From IMG/VR virus record IMGVR_UViG_3300020420_000671: a stretch of DNA of 64,000 nucleotides; one strand, 5' to 3'. Positions 57,526 through 64,000 of the stretch are shown piece after piece (position 1 is the first letter of the stretch; each line of letters begins with the position of its first letter). The notes beneath the pieces were generated by a model that saw nothing but the letters and a program-made list of their open reading frames with translations, did no database searches and was not told the DNA's origin. This stretch comes from a virus (lineage: Duplodnaviria > Caudoviricetes). The position numbers and the translations under genes are program-made.

Positions 57526-58424
57526 TTGCTCTGATCAAAAGTAATTGGAACATCAAAGGTTTCTGGTGCGCCTGCTTTTCTTTCTTCTTCTGTAGACTCC
57601 ATAGTCACAGATTTGATTGCGTAATGTTCTTTCTGTGCTTTGATTACATCAGAAATCTGATTGAACACACTTGCTTCACAATTTTCCAAGAAGTCTTTCA
57701 AGTACGCCGGATTGGTTACAGCTTCTGCTTCACCATCAGGTTGTAAAGATAGAACGCTGTCTATCAGCACGTTGATATTGATTTCAGTAAGTTTTGTAAA
57801 TGCCTTTTGGAATCTAGCTAACTTTACTGTTTGATCAATGTCATCATTGTCTATAATGGAAAACACTCTCTGTTCTTCAAATGCTTTCACAGCCTGTTCG
57901 GTTTGAGTTTTGTAACTTATAGGTTTTATTTCTACAGTGAATCCATCTATCTTATGTATAGTTTCAAACTTCGCCGCTTGTAGATGGTCATAAACTGTTT
58001 GTAAGCTATAACCAAAGTCTCTAACAACTTTAGTGTTAGGAACAGTTGCTGAAATTTCAATAGTTTCACCATATGTTGCCATCCTAATGGCAATTAGTAT
58101 TACATCAAGATCGATTGAAGGACAGCTCCAAGCGTTTTTAATGTTTGGCATACAACTTTGTATCACATCAACTGTAGCTTGTCCATTCAATAACGCATCA
58201 GGGGTTTTGAATGTGATTTCATCCCTTGCGGTCATCGCATAAACAGGAAGTTCCCCAGACTCTGGAAAGTCTATAGCATTTGGATGCCAGTATTTTCCTT
58301 GGCTAGGCAGTTTAATGTAGATTTTTGGTTGTCTTAGGTGTTTCTTTAAAGGGTTAACCTGAGGTTGCCCCATAGGAACACCAGTACCGCCGGGCGCCAT
58401 TGGCGGGAAAGTATTATCTACCAT
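57504..58424 (-). CDS. gp26: T4 gp26-like baseplate hub/tail assembly chaperone
   Basis: PKIYIKLPS.G..W, VYAMTARDEI.FKTPDALLNG, IDLDVILIAIR.ATYGE, terminal NFF. Confidence 0.75.
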   Translation of the reverse strand: MVDNTFPPMAPGGTGVPMGQPQVNPLKKHLRQPKIYIKLPSQGKYWHPNAIDFPESGELPVYAMTARDEITFKTPDALLNGQATVDVIQSCMPNIKNAWSCPSIDLDVILIAIRMATYGETIEISATVPNTKVVRDFGYSLQTVYDHLQAAKFETIHKIDGFTVEIKPISYKTQTEQAVKAFEEQRVFSIIDNDDIDQTVKLARFQKAFTKLTEININVLIDSVLSLQPDGEAEAVTNPAYLKDFLENCEASVFNQISDVIKAQKEHYAIKSVTMESTEEERKAGAPETFDVPITFDQSNFFGSGS

Positions 58425-58439
58425 GTTTATTTCTCCTGC

Positions 58440-58445
58440 TAAATA
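58440..58445 (+). promoter_or_regulatory. Late promoter for tape measure/portal operon
   Basis: TAAATA in the divergent gap upstream of ATG 58500. Confidence 0.45.
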
Positions 58446-58464
58446 GTATGTAAGTCATACACTA

Positions 58465-58470
58465 TATTTA
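58465..58470 (-). promoter_or_regulatory. Late promoter for the gp26-like gene
   Basis: CATAAATA 40 nt upstream of ATG 58424, with CAGGAG SD. Confidence 0.5.
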
Positions 58471-58499
58471 TGGCTCTTAATTATGTGAGTATTTAATTC

Positions 58500-60779
58500 A
58501 TGGCAATAGTAACAGTTGATATACCAGGAATAGGCGAAGTAGAAGCAAAAAACGCGGCTTCTGAAGCTACATTAAAGGATATACTTAGAGCTCTAGGTGG
58601 CAGACGTCCAGGAATCACCGGAGGAGCAAATCCTGGTGGCGGTGGACAAATAAACGAAAAAGATGCGAAAAACGTAAAAGCACTAGGAGATGCTTCTGAA
58701 TACGCAAGTGGAGAAGTAAAATCTTTTGGTAAAAGCGTAAAGGGTGTTATTGGTAAAACCTTCGCATTGCTTAACGCAACAGTGGCTGGCACAGTTGGAG
58801 CGGCTGTCAATCTTACGACTGAACTTATAGCAGGCGGAAATACATTAACAGATTTTGGAAAACATTTACCTATACCAGGACTGACAATGTTGTCAGGGCT
58901 TATAGATAACCAAGTAGAACTGTTTAGAGATTTATCATCTTCTGGAGCGGCTTTTGGTAACAACATGTTTGAAATTGTAAGGGTGGCAGGTAACGCTGGT
59001 ATTCCGTTACAAGACTTTGCTGAGTTGGTAGGTTCAAACGGAGCACAGCTTAGACTATTTGGTTCATCAGTAGAAAGTGGTTCAAGAACATTTGCTTCTT
59101 TATCAAAGGAACTTAGAAACGGACAGTTTGGACAGAGATTGTTAGCAATGGGTTTTACAACACAGGAACTTAACGAAGGCTTACTTTCTTTTAATGAAAT
59201 AATACATGTGACAGGTAGAGGACAGCGTATGTCCCAAGCTAATCTAATAAAAGGTACAGCGGCGTATAGCATGGAACTTGACAAGATAGCAAAACTTACA
59301 GGTCAAAGTAGAAAAGAAATGCTTAAAGAGGCAGAGGCAAGAAGAAGAGACGTCAATGTACAAAATGCTCTTAGAAGATTAGGACCAGAATTTGAAAATG
59401 TTCTTAACCAAGCGTCAGCAGGTAGTAAAGGACTTGCGGCGGCATTGGTTGATTATTCTACAGGTACAGGGCAAGATCCTTTGACACAGGGTTTGATATC
59501 TCTTAGTAGCACGTTTAGAAACGAAGGAAAAAATATACAAAATATGACAGCTGAACAGAGACAGAATTTTGCTGTTGCTGTAGGAAAAGAAATTGAAGAA
59601 ATGGAAAGGTCGGTAGGCCCAAGCGGTGTTAAAGCTATAACCATGCAGGGCAATTTAATATCCGACGCTTTGAATGTTGGAGCCGAACTAAGATTCCTTC
59701 AAACTACTTCCGAAGGTGCCGCTAGTGCGGTAGAAAAAGAACAGAACGCAGTAGACATGGCAACAGAAAAAGTAGCTCAGTTTGGAAATGTGGTCAACAA
59801 TGTAAGAGGAAGATTACAGGTAGAGCTATTAGACAGTCAAATATTTCAAGATCTTAAAAACGGTTTGGCAAGCATACTACCAAATGTCAATGAAGCAGAT
59901 GAACTATATGATAAAGCCAAGGATGCTCTTAGCCCATTAATTTTAAAACTTAATGAGACATGGCAATGGTTAAAGACTGACGGTTACGATATGATGGTAA
60001 AGGCATTTAAAAAGGCTTGGGATTGGATGTCTGGACCTGGATTAGTGATGCTAAAGGATTATTCTAAAATGGCTTATGATTGGTTTAATGGGATTGATTT
60101 TGTACAAATAAAAGACGACTTTATAGCTGGATGGAATAAAGTTAAAAATTTCTTTATGGGATTTGATCTTGATGCCATAAAAACAAAGTTCGATAATGCC
60201 ATGAAGAAGCTCGAGGACATGATGCCCGATATTCCGTCTATAGACGAAATCAAAGCATCAATGAAAGCGGGATTAAAAAAATTAACGGATGCTATTCCAG
60301 GACCACAAGACATTAAAGACGCATTGACTGACCTTAAAAATGAGTTTGTACAGGATTTGAGAGATTTAGTTGATTACCTGTTTACCCAATTAAGACAATT
60401 GATAGACGATTATATTGTAAATCCAATAAACGATAATATTGTTAAACCAATTGAGAAGAAAATTGAACAAGGCAAACAACTGGCGGAAGATGTTTCAGAT
60501 TCTGTAACTACTGCCGCGGGAGCGACAAAAGACTTCGTTGTAGAAAAGAGTAAACCTGTTATAGATTATGTTTCCAAATTTTTCAAAAAAGATACTCCTG
60601 CCGCTAGCCAAAATAATTCGCCAGGTTTTCCAGGAAATAACAAAGTCAATAACACGCCGGCAGATGGTTCGTTAGAGTTAAATACTACTATGTATGAATC
60701 ATTGCAATTACAACGAGAAGGAAACAAATTCCTTAAAAAACTAGTCAATCAAGGCGGCAATAACATGCTGGCAGATTAG
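58500..60779 (+). CDS. Tail tape measure-like protein
   Basis: Ala/Gly-rich helical protein; NAASEATLKDIL start; periodic W/F repeats (W...K..W.W) in the C-terminal half; adjacent to the chaperone gene. Confidence 0.65.
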   Translation: MAIVTVDIPGIGEVEAKNAASEATLKDILRALGGRRPGITGGANPGGGGQINEKDAKNVKALGDASEYASGEVKSFGKSVKGVIGKTFALLNATVAGTVGAAVNLTTELIAGGNTLTDFGKHLPIPGLTMLSGLIDNQVELFRDLSSSGAAFGNNMFEIVRVAGNAGIPLQDFAELVGSNGAQLRLFGSSVESGSRTFASLSKELRNGQFGQRLLAMGFTTQELNEGLLSFNEIIHVTGRGQRMSQANLIKGTAAYSMELDKIAKLTGQSRKEMLKEAEARRRDVNVQNALRRLGPEFENVLNQASAGSKGLAAALVDYSTGTGQDPLTQGLISLSSTFRNEGKNIQNMTAEQRQNFAVAVGKEIEEMERSVGPSGVKAITMQGNLISDALNVGAELRFLQTTSEGAASAVEKEQNAVDMATEKVAQFGNVVNNVRGRLQVELLDSQIFQDLKNGLASILPNVNEADELYDKAKDALSPLILKLNETWQWLKTDGYDMMVKAFKKAWDWMSGPGLVMLKDYSKMAYDWFNGIDFVQIKDDFIAGWNKVKNFFMGFDLDAIKTKFDNAMKKLEDMMPDIPSIDEIKASMKAGLKKLTDAIPGPQDIKDALTDLKNEFVQDLRDLVDYLFTQLRQLIDDYIVNPINDNIVKPIEKKIEQGKQLAEDVSDSVTTAAGATKDFVVEKSKPVIDYVSKFFKKDTPAASQNNSPGFPGNNKVNNTPADGSLELNTTMYESLQLQREGNKFLKKLVNQGGNNMLAD

Positions 60780-60787
60780 GATATAAT

Positions 60788-62512
60788 ATGAGCTGGAAAA
60801 GATATTTTACACAAGCAGATGCTGATGGATCTAACAGTCCATTAAGTGTGGCAGGAAGCCAACCAGGACCGGCAAGAACCAACTATTCAAGTTATCTTCC
60901 AGATGTATACACCGGTGCTCCTAACAGAGTAGAACGTTACGGACAGTACAACGTAATGGATATGGACTCTGAAGTAAATGGAGCCTTAGATATTTTAGCA
61001 GAATTTTGTACCCAACTGAATACGCAAAACAAAACTTCATTTCAGATTGATTTCAAACAAACGGCAACGGGAAGTGAAATTAAGATAATTGAACAATACT
61101 TACAGCAGTGGCACAAACAAAACAATTTTGAAACACGCATGTTTAAAATAGTGCGTAACGTATTTAAATTTGGCGATTCTTTTTTCCTTAGAGATCCAGA
61201 AACTAAAAACTGGTTTCACGTTGATCCAGCAAAAGTATCAAGCATCATTGTAAACGAATCAGAAGGCAAAAAACCTGAACAGTATATTATTAGAGATATA
61301 AATTTAAATTTTGTTGATAAGGTTGCTACTACACCATATACCACTAACGGAAGTGTAACTGGAGGTGGTTCAGGATATCTTACAGGTGGTGTTAGAGGTA
61401 TGGTTGGAAATTCAAGTACACAAAGCAGTTCAACAAGATTTGGTCATGACAAGACAAAAGAAATTGCCATAGATGCTAAACACATGATTCATTTAAGTTT
61501 GTCAGAAGGATTAGACAACAACGCACCATTTGGAAACAGTTTACTAGAAGGCATATTTAAAGTATACAAACAAAAAGAACTATTAGAAGATGCTATCATA
61601 ATCTACAGAACACAGAGAGCGCCGGAAAGAAGAGTCTTTTATGTTGATGTAGGTAACATGCCAAGTCATTTGGCAATGCAGTTCGTAGAACGTGTGAAAA
61701 CGGAAATCCATCAAAGACGTATTCCGTCTAAATCAGGTGGAGGCACAAGTGTAATCGATAGTGCTTACAATCCATTATCAACAAACGAAGATTACTTCTT
61801 TCCGCAAACTGCTGAAGGTAGAGGATCTAAAGTTGAAACGCTACCAGGCGGAACAAATCTAGGTGAGATAGATGATCTTAAATATTTTACAAACAAACTT
61901 GTAAGAGGTTTGCGTATACCAAGTTCATACTTACCGGCGGCGGCACAGGATGAAGGACAAAGTTCATTTAATGATGGTAGAGTAGGCACAGCGTTTATAC
62001 AAGAGCTTAGATTTAACAAATACTGTGAACGTTTACAAAACTTACTTGTTGAAGTATTCAATCAAGAATTCAAAAGATATTTAATGGAAAAAGGTATCAA
62101 CATTGATTTAGCCATGTTTGACATTACTTTTCAACCACCACAAAACTTTGCTAGTTATAGACAAAGTGAATTAGACAATCAACGTATTGGTACATTTACA
62201 CAGATACAAGCAATCCCATTTATGAGTAACAGATACGCTATGAAACGATTCTTAGGAATGTCAGAAGCGGAACTTGCTGAAAATGAAAGAATGTGGAAAG
62301 AAGAAAACGCAGAAAATATTACTACACCAACAAACGCAAGTGGCGAAATGAGAGGTGCTGGCATAAGCGGTGCTGGTATAGAAGCAGATATAGCAGGAGC
62401 CGAAGACACACCACCAGAAGAAGATCCAGCTGGAGATGTTACAGTAGGTCAAGGAGACACACCTGCTCCAGATCCAACAGCAGGAGGAGCACCGGATACA
62501 CCTCCGGCATAA
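60788..62512 (+). CDS. gp20: Portal protein, T4 gp20-like
   Basis: MDMDSEVNGALDI, LLEDAIIIYR..RAPERRVFYVDVGNMP, EDYFFP..EGRGSKVETLPGG, LRIPSSYL. Confidence 0.95.
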   Translation: MSWKRYFTQADADGSNSPLSVAGSQPGPARTNYSSYLPDVYTGAPNRVERYGQYNVMDMDSEVNGALDILAEFCTQLNTQNKTSFQIDFKQTATGSEIKIIEQYLQQWHKQNNFETRMFKIVRNVFKFGDSFFLRDPETKNWFHVDPAKVSSIIVNESEGKKPEQYIIRDINLNFVDKVATTPYTTNGSVTGGGSGYLTGGVRGMVGNSSTQSSSTRFGHDKTKEIAIDAKHMIHLSLSEGLDNNAPFGNSLLEGIFKVYKQKELLEDAIIIYRTQRAPERRVFYVDVGNMPSHLAMQFVERVKTEIHQRRIPSKSGGGTSVIDSAYNPLSTNEDYFFPQTAEGRGSKVETLPGGTNLGEIDDLKYFTNKLVRGLRIPSSYLPAAAQDEGQSSFNDGRVGTAFIQELRFNKYCERLQNLLVEVFNQEFKRYLMEKGINIDLAMFDITFQPPQNFASYRQSELDNQRIGTFTQIQAIPFMSNRYAMKRFLGMSEAELAENERMWKEENAENITTPTNASGEMRGAGISGAGIEADIAGAEDTPPEEDPAGDVTVGQGDTPAPDPTAGGAPDTPPA

Positions 62513-62515
62513 ATA
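62510..62515 (+). promoter_or_regulatory. Late promoter, 5 nt before the start codon
   Basis: TAAATA-ATAGC-ATG(62521), no SD. Confidence 0.6.
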
Positions 62516-62520
62516 ATAGC

Positions 62521-62763
62521 ATGATACTACGAGAATTTTTTTATTTTGATAAACAAACTTTTGAACCTGTCGAAGACAAGTCCTATGATGCCGTTGATGA
62601 CGAAAGCATTGTCAAGCGTGACGACACGAGAAAGACAAGACTTACACTAAAGCAAATCAATAAAGCTCGTAAAGCGTCAGAATTCCACCAAGAAGAAAAA
62701 GAAAAGGAACTAGACTTTATACGTCAGATGTACGGTATACAGGCACAACCAGAAGCCCTGTAG
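62521..62763 (+). CDS. Small head-module protein (80 aa)
   Basis: MILREFFYFD...RKTRLTLKQINKARK...QMYG; real start 62521 rather than the track's 62293. Confidence 0.7.
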   Translation: MILREFFYFDKQTFEPVEDKSYDAVDDESIVKRDDTRKTRLTLKQINKARKASEFHQEEKEKELDFIRQMYGIQAQPEAL

Positions 62764-62772
62764 GAGTTTTAA

Positions 62773-63372
62773 ATGACCGTAGCTTTCGTAATAGGCAATG
62801 GCGAGAGTCGTAAAGACATAGACTTACATCCTTTAAAAAATTACGGCAAAGTATATGCCTGTAATGCTGTATTCAGACATTTCCAACCACATTACCTAGT
62901 AGCAGTAGACGTAAAAATGATACTAGAAATAAATCAACATAAATGGCAAATGGAAAATGAAGTTTGGACCAACCCAAACAAACAATATCACGGGTTTCAA
63001 GGATTCAATTTTTTTCAACCTAGCAAAGGTTGGAGCAGTGGTCCAACAGCTTTATGGTTGGCAAGTACGCATCATCACGACACAATATATATATTAGGAT
63101 TTGACTTTCACGGCAAAGCAGATGACAAAGGACAGCGTACAAAGGTAAATAATCTGTACGCAGGAACACACAATTACAAAAAACTAGGTGAACCTGCTAC
63201 ATATTTTGGTAATTGGGAGCGACAAACAGCTTCTACTTGCGAAGCACACGCAGGAACTAAATATATAAGGATAGTTGAAGACGGCGACGATTTTATACCG
63301 AAGCAGTTAAAAAAAGTAAGTAACTTATCTCATATCACCATAAGTGAATTCAGGAGATATTATGATTTTTGA
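62773..63372 (+). CDS. Maf/DUF115-like (sialyltransferase-fold) protein
   Basis: AFVIGNGES, YACNA, LVAVD, SSGPTAL, IYILGFDF motifs. Confidence 0.55.
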   Translation: MTVAFVIGNGESRKDIDLHPLKNYGKVYACNAVFRHFQPHYLVAVDVKMILEINQHKWQMENEVWTNPNKQYHGFQGFNFFQPSKGWSSGPTALWLASTHHHDTIYILGFDFHGKADDKGQRTKVNNLYAGTHNYKKLGEPATYFGNWERQTASTCEAHAGTKYIRIVEDGDDFIPKQLKKVSNLSHITISEFRRYYDF

Positions 63373-63432
63373 CACTAGGCGTCAAAAAAGCCCGTTTTGA
63401 CACCATTTTCCACGTATTTTATAATAAAAGTG

Positions 63433-63438
63433 TAAATA
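63433..63438 (+). promoter_or_regulatory. Late promoter
   Basis: TAAATA 41 nt upstream of ATG 63480, with CAGGAG SD. Confidence 0.5.
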
Positions 63439-63479
63439 TTATCGACAGCCTTACACCATTAACATGACAGGAGAAACAA

Positions 63480-64000
63480 ATGGCAGATCAATCAAAACTA
63501 GAGCAAATGCTCGAAAAATTAGTTAACAATGATCGCGATGGCGCGGATTCATTGTTTCACGAGTTTGTAATCGAAAAATCACGTGGCATTTATGAAAAAA
63601 TGCTAGAAGATGACCTTAAAGACCTTGAAGTCGACGAAGGATCTCATAATAAAGATAAAAAAGATGAGAAGAAGAAAAAAGACGACAAGGATATGAAGGA
63701 AGAATCAGACGAATCAGAAGAATCAGTTGAAGAAGCTTCAAAAGAAGACGAAGAAGTTGAAGAAGCTTCAAAAGATGAAGAAGTAGACGAAGCTTCAGAC
63801 GAAGAAACTGACGAAAATATGGAAATTACACCAGAAGCTGACCCAATGGGCGGTGACGCGGCAGACGACATGATCGATGACATGGAAGCTGACGGCGAAG
63901 AAGGTGATATGGAAAAGGGCGACGACGATGAAGAAATCGAAGACAGAGTTGTTGACCTAGAAGACGCTCTTGATGACCTAAAAGCTGAATTTGAAAAAAT
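63480..64000 (+). CDS. Acidic prohead core/scaffold-like protein, 3'-truncated (absent from ORF track)
   Basis: MADQSKLEQMLEKLVNNDRDGADSLFHEFVIEKSRGIYE..., then Glu/Asp-rich repeats (VEEASK); open to window end; follows portal. Confidence 0.7.
   Translation, partial: MADQSKLEQMLEKLVNNDRDGADSLFHEFVIEKSRGIYEKMLEDDLKDLEVDEGSHNKDKKDEKKKKDDKDMKEESDESEESVEEASKEDEEVEEASKDEEVDEASDEETDENMEITPEADPMGGDAADDMIDDMEADGEEGDMEKGDDDEEIEDRVVDLEDALDDLKAEFEK

Noticed and set aside
62293-62520. Arg-rich N-terminal extension of the 156-aa track ORF
   Set aside because: Alternate-frame read of the portal 3' end; late box and ATG 62521 define the real start
63644-63883. 79-aa Ser-rich minus-strand ORF and local GAAGAAGCTTCA repeats
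   Set aside because: Antisense shadow of the Glu-rich scaffold ORF starting at 63480
1-64000. Stop-codon reassignment, as seen in some large phages
   Set aside because: Genes tile tightly in code 11, and TAA, TAG (55393, 55834, 57292, 60779) and TGA (7555, 54799) all end genes at overlaps with the next gene or at expected protein ends

Overview
AT-rich, gene-dense 64-kb segment of a large T4-related (jumbo-type) myovirus genome, standard code 11. No tRNA, rRNA, CRISPR array or transposase was recognised. Layout: (i) 1-17.9 kb, a cluster of tailoring enzymes (three radical SAM proteins, one B12-binding; two methyltransferases; four 2OG-Fe(II)/cupin oxygenases; DegT and class IV aminotransferases; NodU-type carbamoyltransferase; GNAT; SGNH; nitroreductase; about five glycosyltransferase-like proteins), preceded by late-type promoters and abutting the tail-fibre genes. 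(ii) 18-51 kb, a minus-strand tail fibre/baseplate module, including a 4986-aa protein, gp6-, gp25-, PAAR-, gp5- (with GH19 domain), hub-, LysM/gp53- and tube-initiator-like genes. (iii) 51-55.4 kb, a sigma70-driven island of gp55 late sigma, gp47, gp46 and SufE. (iv) A small GIY-YIG nuclease followed by about 400 nt of pseudoknotted, non-coding sequence. (v) A gp26-like gene with a clear -1 frameshift signal into a gp51-like frame, then tape measure, portal gp20, a Maf-like protein and a truncated head scaffold. Best leads: the GIY-YIG plus large structured RNA unit, the lambda G/GT-style frameshift, a probable virion (or DNA) modification pathway, and late promoters exactly 5 nt before start codons (leaderless mRNAs). 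All protein calls are motif recognition by eye; no database search or folding program was run.
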